Shown here: in pieces, positions 28,786 to 39,344 of the stretch
How the letters are laid out: each line of letters starts with the position of its first letter
Numbering within the stretch: the stretch's first letter is position 1
Origin: Candidatus Altimarinota bacterium
GTDB taxonomy: Bacteria > Patescibacteriota > Gracilibacteria > 1-14-2-50-48-13
Reading direction: 5' to 3'
Length of the DNA stretch: 64,000 nucleotides
Assembly (NCBI GenBank): GCA_046314355.1
Contig: JBKBWQ010000001.1
Location: 992,001 to 1,056,000 of the forward strand
Translations under genes and position numbers: made by a program
Notes under the pieces: model-generated
Told to the model about the DNA's origin: nothing
The model's database searches: none
The model's input: the letters and a program-made list of their open reading frames with translations, nothing else

Positions 28786-30024
28786 TTATACCATAGAAGC
28801 ATGCTCTCCTGCAAGTCTGCCCGTTGCCCAGCTAGCCTGAAGATTAAATCCTCCTGTAAATCCATCAATATTCATAATTTCACCAGCAAAATAGAGTCCA
28901 GGACATATTTTTGACTCCATAGTTTTAGAATCAATCTCAGCAAGATCTACTCCTCCAGCCGTTACAAATTCATCTCCAGCGCCTCTTCCTATGACGGAGA
29001 ATGGACATCTTTTTAAGAGTTCAATAGTTTTATGAAGTGTTTTTTTAGGAATCTCAGCATTCATTTTCTCTGGCGAAATCTCTAAGAGCTCACAAAATAT
29101 TTCTGCAAGTGACCACGGCACATACTCATGCAAAGTAGTCAGAATAGTTTTCTTATGGTTATTTTTCACATATTCAGTCAATTTCTTTTCCAGCTCCTCA
29201 TGAGAGATATCTGGAAGCACATCCAGCATGAGTTTCATAGGATGGGCTTTATCATACTTTTCAAATGCACTTAAAGCAGACATAGCAAAAATAGCAGGAC
29301 CGCTAATACCTTTATGAGTAAAGACAAAAGGTCCTACAAACTCATAGTTTTTCTCACCTCTAATGTAGAATCCTGCTCTCTGGAACGAAACTCCCGCAAC
29401 CTTAGCTGTCCACTTCTCCTCTGTAACAAAGGAACTTAAACTTGGAGCAAGCATAGAGATCTTGTGTCCTAGCTGCTCTGCAAAGGTATATCCATCTCCA
29501 GTGGATCCAGTATGTCTATAAGCTTGTCCACCAGTTGCTAATACTACTTTGTCTACCACAAGATCATCATGGTCTTTAAAAGTAATCGTAAATTTATTAT
29601 CAATATGGGAAATACTTACCACATTTCTCTTAAACAAAATTTGAGCTTTTTTCTTTTTAAACATATCCTCAAAAACACCAACAATATCTTTTCCATTATC
29701 AGACTTTGGAAATACTCTTAGATCCTTTTCAATTTTGAGAGGTACACCATGTCCCTGAAACCAGTTATAAACTTTTTCAGGAGGAAAGTTATACAGAGCT
29801 GTGCGCAGAAAATTTGTACCTCTTGGGTACTTCGTAAGCAGTACTTTCATATCTCTAATACCTGTAGTCACATTGCATCTTCCTCCACCGGAAATGATCA
29901 CCTTATTTCCTAAAAGAGAATTCTTCTCGATAAGAAATACTTCTACATTTGAAGTATTTCTTTCAAGAATAGTCGCAGCCGTCATCATACCCGCTGCCCC
30001 ACCACCGATAATTGCAATTTTCAT
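28786..30024 (-). CDS. HI0933/YhiN-family flavoprotein
   Basis: IIGGGAAG, SGGGRCNVT, LATGG, TGDGY, FTHKGISGP, VTAGGV, DGFTGGFNLQ; ATG at 30024. Confidence 0.93.
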   Translation of the reverse strand: MKIAIIGGGAAGMMTAATILERNTSNVEVFLIEKNSLLGNKVIISGGGRCNVTTGIRDMKVLLTKYPRGTNFLRTALYNFPPEKVYNWFQGHGVPLKIEKDLRVFPKSDNGKDIVGVFEDMFKKKKAQILFKRNVVSISHIDNKFTITFKDHDDLVVDKVVLATGGQAYRHTGSTGDGYTFAEQLGHKISMLAPSLSSFVTEEKWTAKVAGVSFQRAGFYIRGEKNYEFVGPFVFTHKGISGPAIFAMSALSAFEKYDKAHPMKLMLDVLPDISHEELEKKLTEYVKNNHKKTILTTLHEYVPWSLAEIFCELLEISPEKMNAEIPKKTLHKTIELLKRCPFSVIGRGAGDEFVTAGGVDLAEIDSKTMESKICPGLYFAGEIMNIDGFTGGFNLQASWATGRLAGEHASMV

Positions 30025-30155
30025 AGCGCTGTTCTTACTCACTGAGCTAGACTAGCGAAGTTGAAGTGCCGAAACTCAGCCTTCGGTTACGCTCCACTCA
30101 GGCAATAAATATAATTTTAAATTACTTAATGACCTAATTACTCAATGACTTGAGT

Positions 30156-31190
30156 CTAAGAAAACTGCTTCAAAAATCTCATATCATCTGAGAATAGATA
30201 TCTCGCATCCTCAATCCCATACTTCATCTGTACAAGTCTAGACAATCCGAATCCAAAGGCAAAGCCGCTATACTCGTTTGGATCAATACCCGCTAGTTCA
30301 AGCACACGAGGATGAATCATTCCACATGGCATTACTTCAGTCCATCCAAGTCCTTTACAAAGACCACAGCCTTTTCCGTGACACACTAGACAGTCTATTT
30401 CTAATTCCATTCCTGGTTCAACGAATGGAAAATATCCAGGACGAATTCTAAATTTTACATCCTTACCAAATAGTTCTTTCAAGAAGTCTTGAAGCACCCA
30501 TTCAAGATTTGCAAGAGTAATCCCTTTATCCACCATGATTCCCTCAAGCTGCATAAATGTCGCCTCATGTCTACAGTCTGTAGCCTCATTTCGGAACACT
30601 CTTCCAGGAACAATAGCACGAATAGGAAACTCCTTTGTCTTCAAAATAGTGTTCTGCATACTTGAAGTATGAGTTCGAAGCACAAACCCCTTTTCAAGAT
30701 AAAACGTATCCTGCATATCTCGTGCTGGGTGATCTTTTGGTACATTTACTGCCTCAAAGTTATCAAAGTCAGAGACAATATGCGGACCTTCCCAGACGGC
30801 AAACCCTAGTCTTTTAAAAATATTTATACATTCATTAGCAATAGTTGTGTGGGGATGAAGCCCTCCTTTTTCACTAAAGATTGGATTTTTCTTTCCCGGT
30901 AGCGTCACATCCATCCATTCAGTAGCAACTTTTTCTTCAATAGCTTTGTATTCAATCTCTTTTTTCTTTGCATAAAAAATATCAAGAAGCTCTTTCTTTA
31001 CTCTATTTGACTCACCTCCAACGCTTTGTTTTTCCTCAGGAGAAAGATCCTTCAGTCCTTTCAGGATATTATTAAGAGAACCTGACTTTCCAAGCACGCT
31101 TTTTTCCACTTCCTCTAAAGCCTCCCAAGTCATAGCTTTTTCAAGAGCACCCTTCGCTTCCACATAAATATTTTGAATTTGATCGAGCAT
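30156..31190 (-). CDS. pheS: Phenylalanyl-tRNA synthetase alpha subunit
   Basis: HPARDMQDTF, LRTHTS, FRNE, YFPFVEP, GFAFGFG. Confidence 0.98.
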   Translation of the reverse strand: MLDQIQNIYVEAKGALEKAMTWEALEEVEKSVLGKSGSLNNILKGLKDLSPEEKQSVGGESNRVKKELLDIFYAKKKEIEYKAIEEKVATEWMDVTLPGKKNPIFSEKGGLHPHTTIANECINIFKRLGFAVWEGPHIVSDFDNFEAVNVPKDHPARDMQDTFYLEKGFVLRTHTSSMQNTILKTKEFPIRAIVPGRVFRNEATDCRHEATFMQLEGIMVDKGITLANLEWVLQDFLKELFGKDVKFRIRPGYFPFVEPGMELEIDCLVCHGKGCGLCKGLGWTEVMPCGMIHPRVLELAGIDPNEYSGFAFGFGLSRLVQMKYGIEDARYLFSDDMRFLKQFS

Positions 31191-31252
31191 ACAGTCATAA
31201 TGAATAATACTTGTGTACTATACGAAATGTTCAGTGAAGTTGCAAGGGAAGA

Positions 31253-32227
31253 CTAGTCTATATCTATAAAAACTCTCTGTGCTCTATGATCCGAATATTC
31301 CGCCTGCTCAACATTCTCATGTTTTAAAAGCTCAATTCCTTTCACAAGATTATAATCAATCCTCCACCAGGAATTTCCTTTCATATCCCAGGTAACTGGA
31401 AATACATCACTACTCTGAGAGAATGAATCTTTAGTAACTTCCTGAAGAGGTCTCATCATTCCCATAGTCTTTGAAGTATTAAAGTCTCCTGAGATATATG
31501 CTTTCTCACTTTTTTTCACCCCATCAAGCAGCTGTCTAAACTGTTCATGTCTCCAGTTATAGCGTTCCTTTGTTTCTCTTAAAAACTCTACAGGTTGTCT
31601 ATAAAGTTCTGGCAAAAGATGTATCCTCATATGTACGTTATAGAAATCCACACCTTTTCCATCAAGATTCACAGTAACCCTTTGAAAGTCATTTGGTTCT
31701 CTATACTCTGAATCAGTTACAGCAAGTCTCGATAGAGTCACGAGCTCATGATGAGCAATAATCGTATAGTCAGGAAAATACTTATTAAAGATCTTTGTGT
31801 CTACATTGCCTTTTCCGCGAGGTGGTATCACTTCCTGCAGCTGATAAATATCAGCATTCTGTGATTTTAAGAACTTCATATATTCTTCAGGGTCCTTTTG
31901 ATTCCATAGTGTCGTATTCGAATTAAATACTATGACACTATTATGGGTATCCTGTGGTTCACTACCAAACAACAGTGAGGGATTGAATTCTATGAATAGA
32001 AAACCCAGTAAACTGCAGCTTAACGAAAGCAGAATAGCTATTATATCTTTCTTAAAAAGAGATATCAAAAGACAAATACTCCCAGGCACTAGGAACAAAA
32101 AAGGAGGAATCACAGAAAAGATCTGTAAAACCCAAAAGTGAGAAGCTGCAAAATAGAGAATTATAAAACCCAGCTGCAAAAGCAGCAGCAGTATATAAAA
32201 AGGTGATAGTGATATTTTCTTTAACAT
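31253..32227 (-). CDS. Membrane-anchored endonuclease/exonuclease/phosphatase (EEP) protein
   Basis: N-terminal TM helices, DIYQLQE, GDFN, IDY, SDH. Confidence 0.88.
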   Translation of the reverse strand: MLKKISLSPFYILLLLLQLGFIILYFAASHFWVLQIFSVIPPFLFLVPGSICLLISLFKKDIIAILLSLSCSLLGFLFIEFNPSLLFGSEPQDTHNSVIVFNSNTTLWNQKDPEEYMKFLKSQNADIYQLQEVIPPRGKGNVDTKIFNKYFPDYTIIAHHELVTLSRLAVTDSEYREPNDFQRVTVNLDGKGVDFYNVHMRIHLLPELYRQPVEFLRETKERYNWRHEQFRQLLDGVKKSEKAYISGDFNTSKTMGMMRPLQEVTKDSFSQSSDVFPVTWDMKGNSWWRIDYNLVKGIELLKHENVEQAEYSDHRAQRVFIDID

Positions 32228-32233
32228 GTATCT

Positions 32234-33628
32234 CTACTGAAAGAATTTTAGTAATTCGCTCACATGCTTGATAGGTCTAATATCAACATCCTTCATCTTG
32301 GGCAGGGCAGCAGAGGCTGGTACGATAAATGTTTTCATACCCAATTTATGTGCCTCTTTAATTCGTTTTTCAAGAAAAGAAAGCGTACGTACTTCTCCAG
32401 TCAGCCCTACTTCTCCAAAGGCAATAATACCCTCAGGAAGAGGCTTCTGAAGTTTACTGGAGATAATTGCAAGGATAATGGCAACATCAAGTCCTGATTC
32501 ACGGATGCGAAGTCCTCCGGCTACATTTATATACACATCATAACTATCTAAGTTTATATTTGTATACTTTCCCACCACAGCAAGAAGAAGTTGAAGTCTA
32601 TTGAGATCAAATCCTACAGCAGCTCTTTTTGGATAGCCGAATTTTGTATACGTAGTCAAAGCTTGAACTTCTAGAAGAAATGCTCTTGTTCCCTCTACCG
32701 TAGATGTAATCACGGAACCTGCCACTTCTTTCATTCGCCCTTCCAAAAATACAGAAGAAGGATTTTTTACCTCTTCAAGTCCTTTCTCCGTCATACTAAA
32801 TACTCCTACTTCATCCGTAGAACCAAAACGATTCTTTACAGCGCGAAGAATTCGGAAAGAATGTGATCTTTCACCTTCCAGTAAAAGCACAGTATCTACA
32901 AGATGCTCAAGTGCCTTTGGTCCTGCAAGATTTCCTTCTTTCGTCACATGACCAATCAAAAGTACGGTAATATTTCTAGTCTTGGCAAACTCAAGAAGCA
33001 GTTCTGTTACAAAACGTATCTGAGAAATACTGCCTGATGCGCCTCCAAGAGATTCTGCATACATTACCTGTACAGAATCTATAACAACAAAGGCAGGATC
33101 TTCTCTCTGAGCAGTTGCCAGTGCATCCTCGATGGAATTCATATTCGCAAGAAACACTTTATCCTGCCCCACCTCCATGCGTCTCGCTCTATCTGCTATC
33201 TGCGCCACAGACTCTTCTCCGGAAATATATAATACCTTCTCTCCATGATCTGCCAGTGCCTTACATAATCTCAATGTTAAAGTAGATTTTCCTATCCCAG
33301 GTTCACCGGCTAAAAGACTCATTGATCCCTTTACTATTCCTCCACCAAAGACACGATCTAATTCCTCCACTCCTGTTGTAAATCTATATTTAGAGTTAGT
33401 ACCTTGTTCAGTACCAGATTCGAGAATCGTTGCCACACTCTCGACGGCAATAGCTCTCCCCGCAGAAAACTCTTTTCTCTTTTGCAAACTCCCCGCTAAT
33501 GCTCCTGGTGCCTCATCCATCTCTACATATGTATTCCACTCACCGCAAGAAACACACTGCCCCTGCCACTTAGAGGAAATATTCTGACAATTAGTACATA
33601 TAAACTGATTAACCGATGCTTTTGCCAT
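32234..33628 (-). CDS. radA: DNA repair protein RadA/Sms
   Basis: C4 Zn finger, GEPGIGKST, KNRFG, C-terminal Lon-like domain. Confidence 0.98.
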   Translation of the reverse strand: MAKASVNQFICTNCQNISSKWQGQCVSCGEWNTYVEMDEAPGALAGSLQKRKEFSAGRAIAVESVATILESGTEQGTNSKYRFTTGVEELDRVFGGGIVKGSMSLLAGEPGIGKSTLTLRLCKALADHGEKVLYISGEESVAQIADRARRMEVGQDKVFLANMNSIEDALATAQREDPAFVVIDSVQVMYAESLGGASGSISQIRFVTELLLEFAKTRNITVLLIGHVTKEGNLAGPKALEHLVDTVLLLEGERSHSFRILRAVKNRFGSTDEVGVFSMTEKGLEEVKNPSSVFLEGRMKEVAGSVITSTVEGTRAFLLEVQALTTYTKFGYPKRAAVGFDLNRLQLLLAVVGKYTNINLDSYDVYINVAGGLRIRESGLDVAIILAIISSKLQKPLPEGIIAFGEVGLTGEVRTLSFLEKRIKEAHKLGMKTFIVPASAALPKMKDVDIRPIKHVSELLKFFQ

Positions 33629-33714
33629 GTAGTATGAGATTGATTTGATGTACTCTCATTATACAAAAAAGCATTCCTATCAAAAGGAAAAAGAGAAGAA
33701 AACATTAAAAGATT

Positions 33715-33776
33715 AAAAAATAAGAATTAGGGAAATATCCTAATTCTTATTTCTTAATTCCTATTTCCTAATTCTT
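33715..33776 (-). terminator. Heptamer-repeat hairpin terminator
   Basis: AAGAATTAGG/CCTAATTCTT stem followed by ATTTTTT on the minus strand; five AWTTCYT repeats at 33742-33776. Confidence 0.6.
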
Positions 33777-34592
33777 TTATCCCAAGTATCCTTTTTCCTT
33801 TAAATTCAAATAATGTACTTTTGCTTTTTCATTATATGGCTCAATATCAAGAATTCTTTCAAATACTTTTGCCGCAAGACTATTTGCATCTGTATCAAGA
33901 TAACCTTCACCTAATGCAAATAGGTATTTTGTATTCCGTGTATCAAAACGTACAGCGTGCTCAAATGCATCTATAGCTTCACCGACACTTCCCATCTGCA
34001 GCAGCAATGCTCCAAGCTGGTAGTATCTTGCTGCATTATGCGGATCTCTTTTTATAGCTTCTTTATAAGCTCTTACTGCCTGATCATAATTCTCCTGTGC
34101 TTCTAATACTTTTGCAAGATTTCCATAAATAGATGGATCCTGTACTTTCATTTCCACAAGATGAATATAGATACTCTCTGCTTTGGTATACTTTTTCCTT
34201 TTCATATACACAAACGCAAGCAGGCTATTTACTTCTTCATCGTCAGCATCAAAGGCAAGTGCCTCCACAAGCATTTTCTCTGCATTCTCAAAATCATTAT
34301 TTGAAAGTAGCATTTCCACTTTTCTCAAGATCTTTTGAATCTCCACATGATCATCAGGAGTTACCACATGCTGATCAATATACTCATCTTCTTCATCATC
34401 TATCACAGCTTCTTTTCTTTCAAGAAGCGTTAGTATTTTACTTTTAAATTCTCTAAAAATATGCCTAGAGTCTTCACGAAGTTGTCTAAATTTCCAGATC
34501 TCTTTTATTTTCCATCCTCCTACACTTAAAATTCCTAAAAAAGAAAAGAATGCAAGAATAAGATCAAGCTTAACGAGAATTCCTATACCCAT
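33777..34592 (-). CDS. Membrane-anchored TPR protein
   Basis: N-terminal hydrophobic helix; repeated TPR-type LA/LG...A...A...DP patterns. Confidence 0.85.
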   Translation of the reverse strand: MGIGILVKLDLILAFFSFLGILSVGGWKIKEIWKFRQLREDSRHIFREFKSKILTLLERKEAVIDDEEDEYIDQHVVTPDDHVEIQKILRKVEMLLSNNDFENAEKMLVEALAFDADDEEVNSLLAFVYMKRKKYTKAESIYIHLVEMKVQDPSIYGNLAKVLEAQENYDQAVRAYKEAIKRDPHNAARYYQLGALLLQMGSVGEAIDAFEHAVRFDTRNTKYLFALGEGYLDTDANSLAAKVFERILDIEPYNEKAKVHYLNLKEKGYLG

Positions 34593-34624
34593 GTAACAAT
34601 CGATAAGAAAACAAAATACTCTTA

Positions 34625-35944
34625 TTATTCGTCACTCTCAGACGCCTCCTCTATCATACCTTGAAAATCTTTTGTATCAAGATGTTCAGGTCCGATAAGC
34701 TCGACAAGATGCTCGACTATACTGTCTAACGGCATAATTTCCTGGGTACCTTTTTTCATATCCCGAACGATTATCTTTTTCTCATGCACCTCCATCTGTC
34801 CCATCACAAGGGCATATTTTACATCAATCTTCCCAGCACTCTCAAGCTGTGAGCGGATGCTATCCTTTCCAAGAGCTCCTACTGTTTTTATACCGGCTTT
34901 ACGGAGTTCAGATACGAGTTTTAGTGCAATACGTTTTGCATCCTCACCAAGCTGCACCATAAATACATGAGCTTTGTCCTTTGAAGGAACACGGATATGA
35001 ATCTCTTTCATAAGTTCCGTTACTCTCTCCATTCCAGCAGCAAATCCTACAGCAGGTGTATCTGCACCTCCCATATCTTTGATAAGATTATCATATCTAC
35101 CTCCTCCTCCAAGCTCTATCTCTCTATCTTCTCTTTCCACATAAAATTCAAATATCAGACCAGTATAGTAGAGAAAATCTCTAAGCATGAATGGATCTTC
35201 CTCAAAGGAAATCTCAAGCGTAGTAAGGTATTCCTTCACTTTTTCATAATGCTGTTTGGAATTCTTTGAAAGGAACTGACTCATTTTAGGTGCAAGGTTT
35301 GCAAGGATTTTACAGTCCTCTTCCGTACATTCAATAAGCATCATTGGGGATCTTTCAAAACGTTTTACACATTTTTCACAGAGAGATCTTTCTTTTCCTG
35401 CATAGAAATTTCTAAGAGCTTCCTCATAGGGGATTCTATCCTCTTTGGTTCCAACTGAATTGATACGAAGTTTTACACCTTTTAGTCCCAGATCTTCAAA
35501 TATTCTTTTACACATTTCAATAAGCTGTGCATCAAGAGCAGGGTCCTGCTCACCCAAAAGTTCAAATCCGAACTGATAGAACTGTCTTAGAGAATTATCA
35601 GCAACATCTCTTCTCCATGATGGTTCGATATAATAGTATTCTACAGGTTTTGGAAGCTCCTGCATGTTATGTTCAATATATGCTCTCGCTATTCCAGATC
35701 TCATATTAGATCTTAGGTAGAGAGTTTCAGGACCATCTATTTTAAATAAATGTTCAGCGCACTCCATTTGCAGAGTACCACATGATGAAAAAATCATGCT
35801 CTCATGCTCTAACGCAGGCACACTAATTCTTTTAAATCCTGAACGTCTTCCGTTATAACGAATGACTTTTTTGATAAACGTAAAATATTCATGATCTTCA
35901 GGTAAAAGATCATGCATTCCCGCTACTCCTTGAAAATCAGACAT
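34625..35944 (-). CDS. hisS: Histidyl-tRNA synthetase homolog with altered motifs
   Basis: GMHDLLP, RQFYQFGFE, GGGRYD, GFAAGMER and an anticodon-binding domain are present; RPEGT and RGLDYY are altered; ATG at 35944. Confidence 0.75.
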   Translation of the reverse strand: MSDFQGVAGMHDLLPEDHEYFTFIKKVIRYNGRRSGFKRISVPALEHESMIFSSCGTLQMECAEHLFKIDGPETLYLRSNMRSGIARAYIEHNMQELPKPVEYYYIEPSWRRDVADNSLRQFYQFGFELLGEQDPALDAQLIEMCKRIFEDLGLKGVKLRINSVGTKEDRIPYEEALRNFYAGKERSLCEKCVKRFERSPMMLIECTEEDCKILANLAPKMSQFLSKNSKQHYEKVKEYLTTLEISFEEDPFMLRDFLYYTGLIFEFYVEREDREIELGGGGRYDNLIKDMGGADTPAVGFAAGMERVTELMKEIHIRVPSKDKAHVFMVQLGEDAKRIALKLVSELRKAGIKTVGALGKDSIRSQLESAGKIDVKYALVMGQMEVHEKKIIVRDMKKGTQEIMPLDSIVEHLVELIGPEHLDTKDFQGMIEEASESDE

Positions 35945-36159
35945 ACGTAAATTTTTATTAAGCAATGCATTCTAGGAGTAAAAATAGCTCCTGTACTCAT
36001 TATACCTTTTTTCCGCAAAAAAGCAACGCCGACAATAGTAAAAAAAGAGAAAAATGCTTATTTGCGTATGCATTCCTTATGAGTCAATTCAAAGTATACA
36101 GGAGGCGTTTTACTTCACCATAAAAATGGCTATCATACACCTGATTTATAAGAGCTTAC

Positions 36160-37089
36160 ATGTTGTCTATGATTTCAGTTAAAAACATTTCCAAGTGGTA
36201 TGGATCGACTCAAGCGCTCAAAGACATATCATTTGAAGTCAAAAAAGGAGAAATAGTAGGATTACTCGGTCCAAATGGAGCAGGAAAATCCACCACTATG
36301 AAACTTCTCACAGGATATATGTTTCCAACAGAGGGAGATATCACTATCAATGGGGAAAAAACCTCAGAAAATTCCTTGGAAACAAGAGCAATGATAGGAT
36401 ATCTGCCTGAGAACAATCCTCTTTATATGGATTTTACAGTAGAAGAGACATTACTCTTTCATGCATCCATGAGAGAATTAAAAGGAAAAAAGCTCACTCA
36501 AGCTATTCGAAAAACAGTCAGAAGATGCGGACTGGAAGATGTATTCTATAGTCCTGTCCACACTCTTTCAAAAGGATATAGACAAAGAGTGGGGCTTGCA
36601 ACGGCCATACTCCACGAACCTAAGATTTTAATTTTAGATGAACCTACATCAGGATTAGATCCAAGACAGATTATTGAAATTCGTGAATTGCTTCAGGAGC
36701 TTGGAAAGGAACACACAATTATTTTTTCTACCCATATCATGCAGGAGGTAGAGGCTGTTTGTAATAGAATCATTATTATTAACGAAGGTATGATTGTTGC
36801 AGAAGGAACCCCGGAGACATTAGGACAAAATAAAGAGGGGTTTACTACTTTGAGTCTGAAGACAACACTCTCAGCTGAGGATGCGCAGAATGAATTTGAG
36901 AAAGAATATACAGTTATTGAATCAAAGAGACTCCCTGACAAAACAACAGAAATTATTCTTCAAATAGAAAATGATATTGAGACTCGTCAGACACTTCTCA
37001 AATTTATTGTCAAAAACAAGATTCCTATGCTTGCACTAGTCCCGCAGGAAAGTAATCTTGAGAAAGTATTTCTGCAGCTTACAAAATAA
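36160..37089 (+). CDS. ABC transporter ATPase (GldA-like)
   Basis: GPNGAGKST, LSKGYRQR, LDEPT, STH. Confidence 0.93.
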   Translation: MLSMISVKNISKWYGSTQALKDISFEVKKGEIVGLLGPNGAGKSTTMKLLTGYMFPTEGDITINGEKTSENSLETRAMIGYLPENNPLYMDFTVEETLLFHASMRELKGKKLTQAIRKTVRRCGLEDVFYSPVHTLSKGYRQRVGLATAILHEPKILILDEPTSGLDPRQIIEIRELLQELGKEHTIIFSTHIMQEVEAVCNRIIIINEGMIVAEGTPETLGQNKEGFTTLSLKTTLSAEDAQNEFEKEYTVIESKRLPDKTTEIILQIENDIETRQTLLKFIVKNKIPMLALVPQESNLEKVFLQLTK

Positions 37090-37100
37090 TATATTCATCT

Positions 37101-37754
37101 ATGTTTACTACATTATTCATAAAAGAACTGAGGCATTACTTCAATTCTCCGATAGCATACGTATTCTTGATAGCTTTCTTTGCCATTGGAGGATGGTTTT
37201 TTGTGTATCCTCTTTTTGTCAACAATCAAGCGTCGCTATCCCAATTCTTTGAACCCCTTCCATTTCTCTTAGTTTTTTTTGCTCCAGCTCTCTCAATGAG
37301 ACTTTTCTCTGAGGAACGAAGACAAGGTACACTTGAGACACTAGTCACATTACCAGTTTCAGATAGTACGATTGTTTTAAGTAAATTTTTTGGGGCATTA
37401 GCCTTCATGGCAATTGCACTTATAGGATCTTTTCTATTTGCTGCTCTAGTCAGCATGCTGGGAAATCTTGAATGGGGAGTGGTTGTAGCAAGCTATATTG
37501 GAGCTCTCTTAATGACAGCCAGCATGCTCTCGTACGGAATGTTTATTTCGTCTCTGACTACAAACCAGATTATTGCTTTTATTATTAGCTCAATTATTTC
37601 CTTAGTGCTTGTCATGACAGGTATCTATGCAGAACATTACCAGTCTTTCATTAAAGGGATTATTGATCTGCGTGATGTAGTTTTCTTTGTATCCATCGTA
37701 ATTATGATGTGTCTTCTTACAAAGGAAAGCCTCGACTTACGCAACGTATCCTGA
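37101..37754 (+). CDS. ABC-2 permease (GldF-like)
   Basis: KEL..YFNSPIAY, MRLFSEERRQGTLETL.TLP, SSLTTNQIIA. Confidence 0.88.
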   Translation: MFTTLFIKELRHYFNSPIAYVFLIAFFAIGGWFFVYPLFVNNQASLSQFFEPLPFLLVFFAPALSMRLFSEERRQGTLETLVTLPVSDSTIVLSKFFGALAFMAIALIGSFLFAALVSMLGNLEWGVVVASYIGALLMTASMLSYGMFISSLTTNQIIAFIISSIISLVLVMTGIYAEHYQSFIKGIIDLRDVVFFVSIVIMMCLLTKESLDLRNVS

Positions 37755-37771
37755 TTTTTACTACTGTTTAA

Positions 37772-39322
37772 TTGATATTTATGAAGACACGACCACGTAA
37801 AATATTCTTTGCATCCATTGGCACACTTCTTGTACTAGGAATTCTTATAGCTTTAAATATCGTACTCTCAAGCTCTCCTCTTCGGCTAGACCTCACTTCA
37901 AACAAAGTCTACACATTCTCTGCAATCACAAAAGATGCTCTTTCGGGCTTAGATGATCCTATAATTATCAAAGCATATATTACAGATAATGTACCTGATG
38001 AAAAAAAGGAGGATAAGAAATATTTAGAGAATTTACTTAAGGAATTTAAGGTCTACGGAAAAGGTAAAGTGCAGCTTGAATTCATAAATCCTAATGAGTC
38101 TACGGAGAAAGAGACCGAAGCACAGCAGGCAGGTATAACTCCTCTGCAGTTTAATAAAATCGAAAATGATTCTGTATCAATACAGCGAGGCTACTTAGGA
38201 GTAAGCATCCAGTATGGAGATAAAAAAGAACTCATACCATATATTACTAGTACGAATGGACTTGAATACGATCTTACAAGCCGTATAAGAAAAGTAACAA
38301 ACAAGAACTTACCTGTAGTCGGTATTATACAGGGGTATGGTGCACCTGAGCTATCTGGCTATACACAGGGAGCATACACGATGCAGATGCTTACCCAGGA
38401 GCTTAACAAATCCTATAAAGTACTTCCAGTTGATCTTGCTTCAGCAAACGAAATAGATCCTAGCATTGGTACTCTTATTATTGGAGGCATAAAAGAAGCA
38501 GTTCCAGCAGAAAAGATAGCACTCATTAAAAAGTTTTCAGACAATGGCGGAAACATTCTTGTCAGTCAGAGCAGTGTTGGTATTGATATTTCCCAAGGAA
38601 TTACGGCAAAAGAAATACCGCTTGAGACTCTTAACTCTTTCCTCTCTTCCGAAGGCATTACAATCTCAAAGAATCTTCTTGCGGACAGATCTGCAAAGCA
38701 AATCGGCGTAAGTACACAAAATGGAACTCTTATCATGCAGCAGCTTGTCTCATTCCCTCTCTTACCGCTTATTAAAGATATCACTCCACATCTTATTACG
38801 GAGAAACTCACAGCGGTAACATTACCATTTGCAAGTCCGCTTACTATTACAAATAATACTGGTATTACAACTCTGCTGTATTCAAGCAAAAACAGCAGTG
38901 AGTATACAAATATTAATGTCATCAATCCTATCGAACCGGATTCATTTTTCAACCAGGAATCTGCATCAGGAAGCAAATTTCCTATTGCTCTAATAAAAGA
39001 AAGCCAAAAGAATAATAAAACGGCTTCACTGATCGTAGTAGGAAGCAGCGGATGTATCATAGACCAGCTCCTTCAAGCTTCACAGGATACGACTTGTCTA
39101 AAACTGATTCTCAATGCTGTAGACACTACTCTGCAGGATGCTCGACTGATTGAGGTAAGAAACAAAGGTTTTGAAACAAGATTACTTAGAGAAACAACAT
39201 CTGAAGAGAAACTACTATTTAAAACAATTGCTCTTGGACTACCCTCCTTCCTCACTATCTTAGGAGGACTTCTATACTTAAGATTCAGATATAGTAGAAT
39301 GAAGAAAAATTATTTAAAATAA
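37772..39322 (+). CDS. GldG-like ABC auxiliary (GIFT-domain) protein
   Basis: RLDLTSNKVYTFS, EYDLTSRI, N- and C-terminal TM helices. Confidence 0.88.
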   Translation: MIFMKTRPRKIFFASIGTLLVLGILIALNIVLSSSPLRLDLTSNKVYTFSAITKDALSGLDDPIIIKAYITDNVPDEKKEDKKYLENLLKEFKVYGKGKVQLEFINPNESTEKETEAQQAGITPLQFNKIENDSVSIQRGYLGVSIQYGDKKELIPYITSTNGLEYDLTSRIRKVTNKNLPVVGIIQGYGAPELSGYTQGAYTMQMLTQELNKSYKVLPVDLASANEIDPSIGTLIIGGIKEAVPAEKIALIKKFSDNGGNILVSQSSVGIDISQGITAKEIPLETLNSFLSSEGITISKNLLADRSAKQIGVSTQNGTLIMQQLVSFPLLPLIKDITPHLITEKLTAVTLPFASPLTITNNTGITTLLYSSKNSSEYTNINVINPIEPDSFFNQESASGSKFPIALIKESQKNNKTASLIVVGSSGCIIDQLLQASQDTTCLKLILNAVDTTLQDARLIEVRNKGFETRLLRETTSEEKLLFKTIALGLPSFLTILGGLLYLRFRYSRMKKNYLK

Positions 39323-39344
39323 TATATTTAACTTAAACAATATC

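Noticed and set aside
34625-35944. HisZ or pseudogene call for the HisRS homolog
   Set aside because: Full length with the anticodon domain, no frameshift or stop, and no hisG nearby
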